Of a DNA stretch of 64,000 nt, positions 47,340 to 58,111 are shown piece after piece. Position 1 is the stretch's first letter. Each line of letters starts with the position of its first letter. The notes beneath the pieces are model-generated. The model searched no databases and was not told the DNA's origin. It saw only the letters and a program-made list of their open reading frames with translations. A program made the position numbers and the translations under genes. This DNA comes from an uncultured delta proteobacterium (GTDB lineage Bacteria; Desulfobacterota; Binatia; UBA9968): positions 608,001-672,000 of the forward strand of contig CAVSHR010000004.1 of the NCBI GenBank assembly GCA_963727625.1. The letters are read 5' to 3'.

Positions 47340-48458
47340 CTATGCCAAGCGATGACGAAACATCCAGGACGCTCCGGTCAACGTCACGACCGCGATGATC
47401 GCCAATGGCCACAGCTCTGGAAACAACAAATGCAAACCCACCCCTTCGAGATAGACCCGGTGCGCGATATCGATCGCGTACCGCAACGGGTTGATCAACG
47501 TCACATACTGCAGGGCCATCGGCATGCTGCTGATCGGCGTGGTGAGACCCGAGAGTAGAGCGAACGGCATGATCAAGAGAAATGCGAACAACATCGCCTG
47601 CTGCATGGTCTTCGCCACCGACGACAAAAGCAACCCCATGCCGACGGCCGCCAGCAAGAACACGCTCAAGCCCGCGTAGAGCGTGATGAACGACCCGGCG
47701 AAGGGAATGCGAAACCACAACTGCGCCACCAACAACACCAGGGTCGCCTGGACGATGCCGACCAGCATCGCCGGCAGCGCTTTACCGGCCATAATTTCGA
47801 TGGGGCGGAAAGGCGTCACTAACAGCTGATCGAAGGTGCCCTGCTCGCGCTCGCGCGCGACCGACAAGCCGGTCAGCATCAAGGTTTGAATGAACGTGAG
47901 CGTGCCGATCAACGCCGGGATCATATGCCAGCGCGTCTCCAAGTTCGGATTGTACCACGCCCGGCTTGTCAGCCGAATCGGCGCAGCGCGCCGCCCCTGC
48001 TGTTCGCGCCAGCGGGCATTGAACGACGCGACAATGTTGCCAATGTAGCCTATCGCTGTGCCCGCGGTGTTGGAGTTTCGGCCGTCGGCGATGATCTGCA
48101 CGTCCGCGGGACGGCCGGTGCGAAGCCGGCGTTCGAAATCTTGATCGATTTGAATCACCAGCAAGGCGCGCCGCTCGTCGATGACGTTTTTCACCTCCGC
48201 GAGACGGCTCAGATTGGCGACACGGCGAAATACCTTGGAACCGTCGAACGCGGCGAGTAATTTTTGTGACGCCGCGCTGCGGTCCTGATCCAGCACCGCG
48301 TAGGGCACGTCGTTCAGATCATAGGTCGCCACGTAACCGTAGATCAGGCACTGGAGAATCGGCGGAATCAGCAGGCTGTAACGGCTGCGCGGGTCCTTGA
48401 GAATCTGCAGCAACTCTTTGCGGGTCAGCGCTAGAATCCGGAAAAAGGCGTCGAACAT
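47340..48458 (-). CDS. ABC-2 type permease (YbhR-like)
   Basis: KELLQILKDPR, WYNPNLE, AREREQGTFDQLLVTP and NPLRY. Confidence 0.93.
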   Translation of the reverse strand: MFDAFFRILALTRKELLQILKDPRSRYSLLIPPILQCLIYGYVATYDLNDVPYAVLDQDRSAASQKLLAAFDGSKVFRRVANLSRLAEVKNVIDERRALLVIQIDQDFERRLRTGRPADVQIIADGRNSNTAGTAIGYIGNIVASFNARWREQQGRRAAPIRLTSRAWYNPNLETRWHMIPALIGTLTFIQTLMLTGLSVAREREQGTFDQLLVTPFRPIEIMAGKALPAMLVGIVQATLVLLVAQLWFRIPFAGSFITLYAGLSVFLLAAVGMGLLLSSVAKTMQQAMLFAFLLIMPFALLSGLTTPISSMPMALQYVTLINPLRYAIDIAHRVYLEGVGLHLLFPELWPLAIIAVVTLTGASWMFRHRLA

Positions 48459-48465
48459 CTTTGCC

Positions 48466-49617
48466 TCAAGCCAAGCTCTTATGCGTCGCCCGGTACGTCA
48501 GGATCACCAACACGGCGGCCATGACGGCGAGCACGCCCATGTTCGGCAAGATCACCGCCCAGATATCGCCGGCTAAAAATATCGTCTGCAAGAGCGCAAC
48601 GTAATAACGCGCCGGCAGCGCGTAAGTGATCAAGCGCACCAGCGCCGGCATGCTCTGCAGATCGAAGAGAAACCCGGAAAGCATCACCGCCGGCAGAAAC
48701 GTGACCAACAGGGTAATTTGGCTGGCGACAAACTGGCTTTTGAACGCGGAGGAAATCAGCAGGCCGATGCCGAGGGCGACCAACAGGTAGAGCATCGAAG
48801 CGGTCGTGAGCATCGTCACCGAGCCGCGAAACGGCACGTGAAAAAGAAATTTCGCCGCCGCCAGGCATAAAATGAAACCGATGATTCCGAGGACGAAGTA
48901 AGGAACCGTCTTGCCGAGCAGGATTTCATCGATGCGGACCGGCGTGACGAACAGCGCTTCGAGCGTGCCGCGCTCCCATTCGCGCGCCATGACCAGCGCG
49001 GTGAGCAGGGCGCCGATCAGCGTCATGATCAAAACGATCAAGCCTGGAACCAAAAAGTAGCGGCTTTCGTTGGCTTCGTTGAACCACATGCGGCTTTGCA
49101 GCACGACGGGACCGGCGGCAATAGCGAACCCCTGGGCGGCGCGCCGCGCCGCCCATTGGCCGATGGCGCCCTGCGCATAGCCTTGAATGATACGCGCGCG
49201 GTTGGCATCGACGCCGTGCACCAGCACTTGCACCTCGGCGTTACCGAGGCTTAGAGCGCGGGAGAAATCCGAACCAAGGCGAATGATACCATCCACTTTA
49301 CGCGACAGCATGAGCTCTTGGGCAAGCGGCATCGACGGCGTCAGTTGAGCTTCGAAATAATTCGAGAGCTGAAAGCTGGCGGCTAACTCCGCCGCTGCCG
49401 GCGACGGATCTTCGACGACGACCGCCACCGACACTTGGGTGACGTCCAGCGACAAGCCGTAGCCGAACAGCAAGATCAACACCACCGGCAACACCAGGCC
49501 GATGGCGATACTGCTCGGATCGCGCACGATCTGCCGGGTTTCTTTTCTAATCAGACTCACCGTGCGATGGAATTTAGCCCACAACCGGCTTTGCTTCACC
49601 GTGCTTACAGGCTTCAT
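48466..49617 (-). CDS. ABC-2 type permease (YbhS-like)
   Basis: KETRQIVRDPSS, WFNEANESRYFLVPG and AREWERGTLEALFVTP. Confidence 0.93.
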   Translation of the reverse strand: MKPVSTVKQSRLWAKFHRTVSLIRKETRQIVRDPSSIAIGLVLPVVLILLFGYGLSLDVTQVSVAVVVEDPSPAAAELAASFQLSNYFEAQLTPSMPLAQELMLSRKVDGIIRLGSDFSRALSLGNAEVQVLVHGVDANRARIIQGYAQGAIGQWAARRAAQGFAIAAGPVVLQSRMWFNEANESRYFLVPGLIVLIMTLIGALLTALVMAREWERGTLEALFVTPVRIDEILLGKTVPYFVLGIIGFILCLAAAKFLFHVPFRGSVTMLTTASMLYLLVALGIGLLISSAFKSQFVASQITLLVTFLPAVMLSGFLFDLQSMPALVRLITYALPARYYVALLQTIFLAGDIWAVILPNMGVLAVMAAVLVILTYRATHKSLA

Positions 49618-51410
49618 GCCGCCCCCCGTGATGCCTCGTGGCGCGCCGCTTCGACGATCGCGATAAACGCGTCTTCCATGGTCGGTTCAATATTCGCATC
49701 GGACCGCGATCCTTGGCGAATCTCGGCGGGCGTGCCTTGCGCCAGTATCCGGCCCGCGTCCATGATCGCTACTCGATCGCAATATTCCGCCTCCTCCATA
49801 AAATGCGTCGTCACCACCACGGTGACCCCTTGCTCGGCCAACGCGGTGATCCGCCGCCAAAACTCGCGTCGCGCCAGGGGGTCAGCGCCACTGGTGGGCT
49901 CGTCGAGAAACAGCAGTTCCGGCTCATGCAGCAACGCCGCGGCCATCGCCAAGCGTTGCTTGAAGCCGCCGGGCAAGTCACCGCTAGCCAAATCTATGAA
50001 CTCGCCGAGATCAAATTGGCTTATCGCCCAGTCGAGGCGCGCTTGTTTAGCGGCGCCGCGCAAACTGTAAGCACTGGCAAAGAACTCCAAGTTTTCAGCC
50101 ACCGTGAGTTGGCCGTAAAGGGAAAATTTCTGCGCCACGTAGCCGATGCGCTGGCGCGCTGAAGCGCGCGCCCGGCGCAGGTCCAGGTCGGCTACCCGCA
50201 GGGTTCCGCTGCTCGCCGGCAGTAATCCGCACAACATTCGAAAGGTCGTTGTCTTGCCCGCGCCATTGGGACCGAGCAAACCGAAGATCTCGCCGCGTTC
50301 AACCTCGAAATTGATATGATCGACGGCGGTGAAAGCGCCAAACTGGCGCACCAATTGGTTCACCTGGACAGCCGCGCCGTCGCGCTCCCGCTCCGGCGCT
50401 TTGGCCAGCGTCATGGCGCCCATCGACTCGCGCGGCGCGCCGGTCTGATGCAACAGAACCATAAAACCATCTTCGAAGCGCGGCGCTACCGCTTTCACGT
50501 TCGCTGCCGAGAAGGCATCATCCCCTTGCTCGTGCAGCGATCCATTTTCGCTCGTAAGGCTCTTGTCTTCAGATCGAACGACACGCACTTGACCGCCCAC
50601 CGGTACAGCATCGATGATGTCCGGTCGATCGAGCAATCGGGCTTGAAATTCTCTGGCTTTGCAGCCGGCGGGAGGATCGACAAGATAAACTCGCCCGGCG
50701 GCCAGTCGGCTGATTGCGCTCGGCCGGCCCTCCGCAAGAACTTTGCCACGATGCATAACGACAACCTGATCGCAACGTTCGGCTTCGTCCAGATAAGAAG
50801 TGCTGAGCAACACCGTCAAACGTCTTTCGCCGACCAGCCGCAGGAGAATTTCCCACAGCTCGCGGCGCGACAGCGGGTCGACGCCGACGGTGGGCTCATC
50901 AAGGAGCAAGAGCTCCGGCGCGGAAATCAGCGTGCAAGCGAGTCCGAGTTTTTGTTTCATGCCGCCCGACAACTGGCCCGCCAGGCGTCGCGTGAACGGA
51001 CCCAGTGCGGTCATTTCCATCAACCGGGGATAAGCTTGCGCGCGATCCTCGGCGCTGATGCCATGCAGGTCGGCGTAAAGATCGAGATTTTCCTGCACGC
51101 TAAGATCTTCGTATAAACCGAACCGCTGCGGCATGTAGCCGATGCGATCTTGAACTTGTTGCGGCGCCGCCCCCACGTCGATGCCCAACACATTCATGAC
51201 GCCGGCATCGACTGGCAGTAATCCGGCGGCCAGACGGATCAGCGTCGTCTTGCCGGCGCCGTCCGGCCCGACCAGCGCGGTCAGCGTGCCGGCTTCGACG
51301 CGCAGCGAAACATCGCCGAGCGCGCGCACCGCCTCCTTGCCGTTGCGATGAAATTCCTTGTGAAGATTTCGGCCCGATAGCGCCGCGGAATTGTCTTCCG
51401 GCTCGGTCAT
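49614..51410 (-). CDS. ABC transporter ATP-binding protein with two NBDs (YbhF-like)
   Basis: Walker A GPDGAGKT and GPNGAGKT, LSGGMKQK and LLDEPT/FLDEPT. Confidence 0.95.
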   Translation of the reverse strand: MTEPEDNSAALSGRNLHKEFHRNGKEAVRALGDVSLRVEAGTLTALVGPDGAGKTTLIRLAAGLLPVDAGVMNVLGIDVGAAPQQVQDRIGYMPQRFGLYEDLSVQENLDLYADLHGISAEDRAQAYPRLMEMTALGPFTRRLAGQLSGGMKQKLGLACTLISAPELLLLDEPTVGVDPLSRRELWEILLRLVGERRLTVLLSTSYLDEAERCDQVVVMHRGKVLAEGRPSAISRLAAGRVYLVDPPAGCKAREFQARLLDRPDIIDAVPVGGQVRVVRSEDKSLTSENGSLHEQGDDAFSAANVKAVAPRFEDGFMVLLHQTGAPRESMGAMTLAKAPERERDGAAVQVNQLVRQFGAFTAVDHINFEVERGEIFGLLGPNGAGKTTTFRMLCGLLPASSGTLRVADLDLRRARASARQRIGYVAQKFSLYGQLTVAENLEFFASAYSLRGAAKQARLDWAISQFDLGEFIDLASGDLPGGFKQRLAMAAALLHEPELLFLDEPTSGADPLARREFWRRITALAEQGVTVVVTTHFMEEAEYCDRVAIMDAGRILAQGTPAEIRQGSRSDANIEPTMEDAFIAIVEAARHEASRGAA

Positions 51411-52528
51411 CGAGCTTTTTCTCCGCCGGTTTCATTGCGCCTTGATTGCCTTTCCGGCGCCGTGGGCGGGCTGCGTTGATCTAAAGGCAGATAGACGCTG
51501 GCAGGCATGCCGAGACGCAATTCGTCTTTCGGGTCTTTGACGAAGACCCGAACTTCGTACACCAAACTGGTGCGCAGTTCGGTCGTCTGCACCGCCTTGG
51601 GGGTGAACTCGGCGACCGGCGAGATGAAACCGACCCAGCCGTCGAAGCGGCGTTTTGGGAAACTATCGACGGCAATGGTCGCCGCCGTGCCGGGATGAAT
51701 CTTTCCCAGGTCGGGCTCCGAGACATAAGCGCGCACCCATTTAGGGTCGGTGACCGCCAGGGAAAACACCGGACTCTGCGGCGACGCCATCTCACCGGGC
51801 TCCAGGATGCGCGTGCGCACCACGGCGTTGACCGGCGCGAGCAGCTGGGAATCGGCCAAGTGCTGGCGCAGTAACGCCGCCTGCGCTTCGTTGGCGCGCA
51901 AACGCGCCTCGTTTTCGGCGATGTCTTCCTTGCGCGGACCAAGCACGGCTAAATCCAAAGTTTTTTGATTGACGGCGAGCTTCGCTTCCGCAACCTGCAA
52001 AGCGGCTTTGGCGGCATCGACATCTTGCTGGCGCACCGCCCGTCCGGCGGACAATTCCGCGGCGCTTCTAAGCCGTTCGTACTGCCGCTGTGCGTTGACA
52101 AGATCGGCCTTCGCCGATTCGACGTTGGCGCGAGCTTGGGCTATCTCCTCCGGCCGGCTGCCGTTGCGCAACCGCGTCACGACTGAGCGCTGCGCTGCGG
52201 CTTGCGCCTCGGCTTGGGTCAATTGCGGCTCGAGGCGGCGGGTATCCAAGCGAGCCAGGACCTGTCCTTCTTTTACATGATCGCCCTCTTGAACCAGCAC
52301 CGCGATGATCCGCTCGCTGTTGTTGAAGGCGAGTTGCACCTGCCTCAAGTCGATGTTGCCGTAAAGTACCAGGTCACCCGCAGCGCCCTCGCGCTGCATC
52401 AACCACCACGCCGCAGCGCCCGCAAGCGCAGCGGCGATCAATAATATGAGCAAAAGCTTTCGTGTCATAAGCCACTTGCGCGTCGGTAAACCGGAATCGA
52501 TCGGCGGCCCGGCCGGATCATTTCGCAC
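51407..52528 (-). CDS. HlyD family membrane fusion protein (YbhG-like)
   Basis: N-terminal TM, LYGNIDLRQV, GSRPEEIAQARA and SPVAEFTPK.VQTTELRTSLVY. Start may be ATG 52468. Confidence 0.93.
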   Translation of the reverse strand: MRNDPAGPPIDSGLPTRKWLMTRKLLLILLIAAALAGAAAWWLMQREGAAGDLVLYGNIDLRQVQLAFNNSERIIAVLVQEGDHVKEGQVLARLDTRRLEPQLTQAEAQAAAQRSVVTRLRNGSRPEEIAQARANVESAKADLVNAQRQYERLRSAAELSAGRAVRQQDVDAAKAALQVAEAKLAVNQKTLDLAVLGPRKEDIAENEARLRANEAQAALLRQHLADSQLLAPVNAVVRTRILEPGEMASPQSPVFSLAVTDPKWVRAYVSEPDLGKIHPGTAATIAVDSFPKRRFDGWVGFISPVAEFTPKAVQTTELRTSLVYEVRVFVKDPKDELRLGMPASVYLPLDQRSPPTAPERQSRRNETGGEKAR

Positions 52529-53159
52529 CGCCTTTCTTGGTGATTACACCGTGAAGAATCACGGAGGTGATGGCGGAGTAACCGCCCTTTGGCGTGAGAC
52601 CCAAGTCCTCCATTTTCGCGGGATTCATGATCGCCTGCACCGCGCCGAGCAGGATCTCGACGATCAGGTCCGTCGAAACATCGCGGCGGATGCTGCCGGA
52701 GCGGCGGCCTTGGGCGAAAATGCCGCCGAAATGGCGTTGGATCATCGTGCGCCTGCGCTCTTCCACGAGCTTGAACAGCTCCGGCGATTCGCGCCGGAGG
52801 TCGCGCACGAAGGGCGGCTGGATCTCTTCGGTATGGCGCTGCACGCAGGCGAGCAGTTGATCGAGTGCGGCCAAAGCGTCGCCGGACGACCGGGCCATGA
52901 TCCCGTCAAGATCACTTTCCACGCTGCCGATTTTGTCCAATAGGACAGCTCGCAATAGCGCCGTCTTACTCGGGAATGAGGCGTAGAGGGTCTTTTTGCT
53001 CATGCCGAGCTCGGCGGCCAGATCGTCCATGGTGACGCTGCGCAAGCCGTGGGCGAAAAAATCCTCGCGCGCCGCCGTGACGATGCGCTGCGCCAGCGAG
53101 ACGGCGGGCAAAGCCGTCGCAAGCTCGCGTTTATGGGTTCTTATCGATTTGGCACGCAT
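52518..53159 (-). CDS. TetR/AcrR family regulator
   Basis: HTH VTMDDLAAELGMSKKTLYASFPSK. Confidence 0.93.
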   Translation of the reverse strand: MRAKSIRTHKRELATALPAVSLAQRIVTAAREDFFAHGLRSVTMDDLAAELGMSKKTLYASFPSKTALLRAVLLDKIGSVESDLDGIMARSSGDALAALDQLLACVQRHTEEIQPPFVRDLRRESPELFKLVEERRRTMIQRHFGGIFAQGRRSGSIRRDVSTDLIVEILLGAVQAIMNPAKMEDLGLTPKGGYSAITSVILHGVITKKGGAK

Positions 53160-53165
53160 AGACCT

Positions 53166-53195
53166 AGGAAACTCAAATAGTATCTATAGTTTCCT
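53166..53195. promoter_or_regulatory. Probable TetR operator
   Basis: Perfect 8-bp inverted repeat AGGAAACT-N14-AGTTTCCT, 6 nt upstream of the tetR ATG. Confidence 0.7.
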
Positions 53196-53340
53196 CGGCC
53201 AATGCAAGACCGCCCAGCATGGAGCGCGACAGCCGAACCCGTCAAGCGGCCGAGGCCCACTCACGACCCGGGGGCGCGAATCGGCAGGCTGACCGAGCTC
53301 CGTGCCGGGCGCCGACCGATCGGCACGACCCCCTGGCCTC

Positions 53341-56300
53341 TCAATCGATCTTCGCTTGGGAGCGGCCGTGTTCGGAGCGGAAAAACGCCGTGCGGTTCAA
53401 AACTTTTTCCTGGAATTCCTCGAGATAGAGATAAATTACCGGGGTGATGAACAGGGTGATGAACTGCGACACCACCAGCCCGCCGACGATGACCAAACCC
53501 AGCGGGCGCCGCGATGCGCCGTCGGCGCCGAAGCCGAGCGCGATCGGAATCGCGCCAAACACCGCTGCGAGCGTGGTCATGAGGATCGGCCGGAAGCGGT
53601 CCATGCTCGCGTCGTGGATAGCCTTCTCCGCCGATTCGCCGAGGTCGATGCGCTGCAGCGCAAAGTCGACGATCAGGATGCCGTTCTTTTTAACGATGCC
53701 CATGAGCATGAACATACCGACGAAAGCGTACAGCGAGGCCTGTTCGCCGAAAAGGTATAGAGTCAGCAAACCGCCGACAAGGGCGGTGGGCAAGGTCGAC
53801 AGCACTGTCAGCGGATGGAGATAGCTCTCGTAAAGGATTGCCAGGATCACGTACATGACGAACACCGCCAGCGCCATCAGGAGGGTCAGATCGCGCACGG
53901 TGTTGCTGAAAGTCAACGCTTCGCCCTGCAGGCTGGCGCGCAGCGTCGGCGGCACGACTTCGGCCGCGGCCTTGGTGATGAAGTCGGTAGCGTCGCCGAT
54001 GGCAATGCCGGGCTTGAGATTAAAGAACAGAGTCATGCTGGTGAATTGGTTGAGATGATTGACCGCCTGGGGGCCGAGAGATTTTTTCCAGGTTACCAAC
54101 ACGTCGACGGGCACGAGCCGCTTGCCGTCGTCGGACTTGATATAAAGCAACGTCAAGTCGTTCGCTGTCGCGCGAGCGCTGTCTTGCGCCTCAAGGATCA
54201 CCTGGTATTGGTCCTCCGGCTTCTTGATCAGGTACACATAGTTCTGCGAATAGGCGCTGCGCAGCAACGATAAAATGCGCGCCTCGGAGACGCCGTAGAC
54301 CTTGGCCTGTTCACGCCGGATCTCGATATCAAGATTCGGCGTGTTGTTGAAATAATCCGACGAGACGGTAAGAAAACCCGGGTATCCGTGCATTCTTTCC
54401 ATGAGCTTGGCGCCGGCGCCGTAAACTTGCCCAGGATTGATGCCGGAGATGGAAAAGGCGTACTGACCCTGATTCTGATTGGTCGCACCGGTGCTGATCT
54501 CGAGCACCGGAAACGGCCGGAGGAAAGCCATAACTCCGGGGATCGCGCTCATATTGCCCATTAACTTCGCCACTTCTTCACGGATCGGCGGACGCGCGTA
54601 GGGCGGCTTGAGAAAAGTAAAAACAATCCCTTGATTGGACGCAAGGAATTGACTCAGGCCGGTCACCTCGACGGTCGCCATCACGTTGGGATTGGCCAAC
54701 AAGACTTCATCAACGCGATCCTGAATGCTGCGCATCTGCTCCGGCGATGATCCTTCCCGGCCGATGAAAACCCCGGTGACGACGCTGCTGTCCCCCGGCG
54801 GTAAAAATGCCTTGGGAATGATCATAAAAAGTTCCACCGTGCCGGCCAGACAAAACACCCAGATCAACACCGAAATCCAGCGATGCTCGATGCACCAGGT
54901 GAGCGCCGTCGCGTAGCGCGCCAACACGCGCCGTTCGATGCCGCCGGCTACCCGTTCCACCCAGGTGCGCGCGGAGCCTGCGCCGCGGTCTTTGAGCAAG
55001 CGCGCGCACATGAGCGGCGTCAAGGTCAACGAAACCAGGCCCGAAGCGAAAATCGCGATGACGATGGTGACCGCGAACTCGCGAAAAATCCGACCCACTA
55101 ACCCGGACATAAACACCAAAGGAATGAAGACCGCCGCCAGCGAGACGGTCATCGAGACGATGGTAAAGCTGATTTCCTTGGCGCTCTGAATCGTCGCTTC
55201 CAACGCCCGTTCGCCATGCTCCATGCGGCGCACGGTATTTTCCAAAAATACGATAGCGTCATCGACCAGGAAACCGATCGCCAGGGTAAGCGCCATGAGC
55301 GACAGATTGTCGAGGCTGTAGCCCAACAAATGCATCGCGACAAAAGTCAGCAGCAGGGAAATCGGCAACGCCACCGCCGGAATCAGCGTGTCGGTCGCCC
55401 GGCCGAGGAAGAGAAAGATCACGAGCACGACCAGGAAAAAGGCGATCGCCAGCGTCTCTTGAACGTCGTTGACCGAGTTGACGATGCCGCGCGAACGATC
55501 ATAGAGCGGCGTGATGCGCACCGAGCCCGGCAGCTCCGCGCTGATCACCGGCAGCAAGGCGCGAATACGGTCGGCCACCTCCACCGCGTTGGCGCCGGCT
55601 TGGCGGTAAACCGCGAGCACGACGGTGGCCGCGGGCACGGGGTAACCGCGGGCCCAAAAGCGCATGCTGACGCGCTCGTCCTGCACCGATTCGCGCGCCG
55701 TCGCTAGGTCGCGCAGATAAACCGGCGCGCCGTTTGAAGAACCGACGATCAATCGATTGTATTCCTCCGCGCTCGCCAGTTGGCCTTGGGGCCGCAGCAA
55801 GGTGGTTCCACTTTTGGAGTCGAATTGCCCCGCCCCGGTGTAACTCGTGCCGTTCTTTATCGCGGCGGAAAGATCTTCAAAGGAAATACCGCGCGCCCAC
55901 ATGGCCGAAGGGTTCGCTTTAATGCGGATCGCCGACTTGGCACCGAACACGTTTACGCGCGACACTCCGGACAAAATGCTGATGCGCTGGCCGATCTGCG
56001 TGCTGCCGATATCGTAGAGCTGGCCGCGGGTGATCGAGTCGCTGGTGAGCGCGATGTACATGATCGGCTGATCGTTGGGATTGGTCTTGGAAAAAGTCGG
56101 CGGCGAAGGTAGGTCCACGGGCAAGCTGCCGGTGGCCTGGGAAATCGCGGTCTGCACGTCGGTGGCCGCGGCGTCGATGCTTTTGTTTAGGTTGAACTGA
56201 AGCGTCAGGCTGGTGTGTCCCTGGGTGCTCTTTGAGGTCACCAGTTCCAGCCCGTTAATTTGCATGAACTGGCGCTCGAGCGGCGTGGCGATATTGTTGG

Positions 56301-56478
56301 CGACGGTTTCGGGACTGGCACCGGGATAACTCGCTTGAACCTGAATGACCGGATAATCCACCGCCGGGAGGTCGTTTACCGGCAAGCGAAAATAACTGAG
56401 GATGCCGAACAAAATCACCGACAGGGTCAAGACCGCGGTCATGACCGGCCGGCGAACGAATGGCTCTGAGAAATTCAC
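53341..56478 (-). CDS. RND efflux permease (MdtB/MdtC-like)
   Basis: FVRRPV, LP.VDYP.IQV, GFLVDDAIV, GIVKKNGILIVDF and RFRPILMTT; 1045 aa. Confidence 0.95.
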   Translation of the reverse strand: MNFSEPFVRRPVMTAVLTLSVILFGILSYFRLPVNDLPAVDYPVIQVQASYPGASPETVANNIATPLERQFMQINGLELVTSKSTQGHTSLTLQFNLNKSIDAAATDVQTAISQATGSLPVDLPSPPTFSKTNPNDQPIMYIALTSDSITRGQLYDIGSTQIGQRISILSGVSRVNVFGAKSAIRIKANPSAMWARGISFEDLSAAIKNGTSYTGAGQFDSKSGTTLLRPQGQLASAEEYNRLIVGSSNGAPVYLRDLATARESVQDERVSMRFWARGYPVPAATVVLAVYRQAGANAVEVADRIRALLPVISAELPGSVRITPLYDRSRGIVNSVNDVQETLAIAFFLVVLVIFLFLGRATDTLIPAVALPISLLLTFVAMHLLGYSLDNLSLMALTLAIGFLVDDAIVFLENTVRRMEHGERALEATIQSAKEISFTIVSMTVSLAAVFIPLVFMSGLVGRIFREFAVTIVIAIFASGLVSLTLTPLMCARLLKDRGAGSARTWVERVAGGIERRVLARYATALTWCIEHRWISVLIWVFCLAGTVELFMIIPKAFLPPGDSSVVTGVFIGREGSSPEQMRSIQDRVDEVLLANPNVMATVEVTGLSQFLASNQGIVFTFLKPPYARPPIREEVAKLMGNMSAIPGVMAFLRPFPVLEISTGATNQNQGQYAFSISGINPGQVYGAGAKLMERMHGYPGFLTVSSDYFNNTPNLDIEIRREQAKVYGVSEARILSLLRSAYSQNYVYLIKKPEDQYQVILEAQDSARATANDLTLLYIKSDDGKRLVPVDVLVTWKKSLGPQAVNHLNQFTSMTLFFNLKPGIAIGDATDFITKAAAEVVPPTLRASLQGEALTFSNTVRDLTLLMALAVFVMYVILAILYESYLHPLTVLSTLPTALVGGLLTLYLFGEQASLYAFVGMFMLMGIVKKNGILIVDFALQRIDLGESAEKAIHDASMDRFRPILMTTLAAVFGAIPIALGFGADGASRRPLGLVIVGGLVVSQFITLFITPVIYLYLEEFQEKVLNRTAFFRSEHGRSQAKID

Positions 56479-57644
56479 GAATTAGCCGCCGGAGTTTCGG
56501 ATGGCGATCTTTTCGGCGAGCTCTGGGGTTGCACCAGCCGCACTTTTCCGCCGGGCGTGACGCCCAGCTGGCCGTTCACGACCACGCGCTCGCCGGCTTT
56601 GAGGCCGCTGTTGATGACCACCAGATCGTTATGTTGCTGTCCCAATTTAACCAAGCGCAACTCAGCGCTTAGGTCCGGCTTGATCACGTAAACGAACGAA
56701 CCCTTGGCGGACAACTGCGGCGCGCTCGCTGGCACCAACACGGCGTCCCGCTGGGTTTGCAGGATGAGACGAATTTTGGCAAAGCGACCCGGCCAAAAGC
56801 GCCGATCGCGGTTGCTGAGGGTCGCGCGCAGTTTGATCGTGCCGGTGTTGTCCTGTACGGAATTATCAAGAAACGTGAGAGTGCCTTCGCGAGGTTCGGA
56901 GCCGTCTTCAGCCAACCGCACCTCGACGCGTAACCTCCGTTTAGCCATATTGCGCTGCACGGCGCCGAGTTCGCCCTCGGTCACGGTGAAGTCGGCGTAA
57001 ATCGGCTCGAGACGCTGAATGACCAAGAGTGAACCGCCATTCGCCGACACCACATTTCCGACATCGGTCGTGCGTTGCCCAGCCCGGCCGTTGATCGGCG
57101 AGCGGATCGTGCAGTAGGCCAGATTGAGCCGCGCGCTTGCCAGCGCCGCGCGGCTTTGCTGCATCGTCGCTTCGGCCGTTTCCACGGCGCTTTTCTTGGT
57201 GTCGAAATCTTGGCGCGATACCGCGCGCGAGTCGCTGATTTTTTCGACGCGCGCGAAATTTACTCTGGCCAGATGGAGCGCCGCCTCGGCTTGAGCCAGA
57301 TTCGCCTCAGCCTGGTGCAGCTGGGCTTCATAGGGGCGCGGATCGATGGTGAACAGCAAGTCGCCGACTTTGACATCGGCGCCGTCGGTGAAGTGAATTT
57401 TGGTGATGCGGCCGGAAACTTGCGGTTGGATCGACACCACTTCCCGGGCGACGATTTTGCCGACCGCATCGATATAGACCGGCACATCTTGAGCGACCGC
57501 CGGCGCCACCGTTACCGATGCCGGCGGGCGCTCAAATGCGGGTGGAGTTTTTTTTTCGCAGCTGGTGGACAGGCTGGCGGCGATCAACGCTGCGCCGAGC
57601 GCTCCGAATCTGGGCCATTGCCAGGCGATTCGGCGATCTGTCAC
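56475..57644 (-). CDS. RND periplasmic adaptor (MdtA-like)
   Basis: Lipoprotein-like leader (STS-C), PQVSGRI, LFTIDPRPY, IRSPINGR and DNSVQDNTGTIKLRA. Confidence 0.93.
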   Translation of the reverse strand: MTDRRIAWQWPRFGALGAALIAASLSTSCEKKTPPAFERPPASVTVAPAVAQDVPVYIDAVGKIVAREVVSIQPQVSGRITKIHFTDGADVKVGDLLFTIDPRPYEAQLHQAEANLAQAEAALHLARVNFARVEKISDSRAVSRQDFDTKKSAVETAEATMQQSRAALASARLNLAYCTIRSPINGRAGQRTTDVGNVVSANGGSLLVIQRLEPIYADFTVTEGELGAVQRNMAKRRLRVEVRLAEDGSEPREGTLTFLDNSVQDNTGTIKLRATLSNRDRRFWPGRFAKIRLILQTQRDAVLVPASAPQLSAKGSFVYVIKPDLSAELRLVKLGQQHNDLVVINSGLKAGERVVVNGQLGVTPGGKVRLVQPQSSPKRSPSETPAANS

Positions 57645-57656
57645 GACAACCTCGTT

Positions 57657-58085
57657 TCAAGCCACGAGACGTTGCTCGGCGCCGGCCGCGCCCGGTAGCT
57701 TGGCCTGCACCGCGTTGCGCGCCTTCGCTTCCCACTGGCGCAACCCGCGGCGAATGTAGTTCGGGTCGAGATTCAACATCGTACAAACCGAAATAAAGGA
57801 GCAGAACCAGCTGTCGTCATCGCTGAACAACCAGTCTTTGGCTTCCTCGAACAGTGTGCGCCTTTTGCCGCCCACCGCAAATAAATTTTCCTGGTAGCAA
57901 CGGACACCGTCTTCTAAGATCGCGAGCAACAAAATCCGTTCCGCCTCCAATGGGATCTTGCGCCGAAAATTCGCGGCGTAGTCCTCGCCCAAAAGAGTGT
58001 CGGGCTGGAATAATGAGCCGATCCGCTCATCCAAGCCCTGAGTCCGCTGGGCGGCCCCATTGTTAGTTGTACCCTGCGCTTTCAT
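57657..58085 (-). CDS. Hypothetical protein, first gene of the RND operon
   Basis: RBS ggagg. 142-aa ORF with LLLAILEDG..CYQ, EAKDWLF and SFISVC.ML.LDPNYIRRGL. Ends 12 bp before the adaptor gene. Confidence 0.75.
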   Translation of the reverse strand: MKAQGTTNNGAAQRTQGLDERIGSLFQPDTLLGEDYAANFRRKIPLEAERILLLAILEDGVRCYQENLFAVGGKRRTLFEEAKDWLFSDDDSWFCSFISVCTMLNLDPNYIRRGLRQWEAKARNAVQAKLPGAAGAEQRLVA

Positions 58086-58111
58086 TTTTCCTCCATAACT
58101 TTAATTTAACG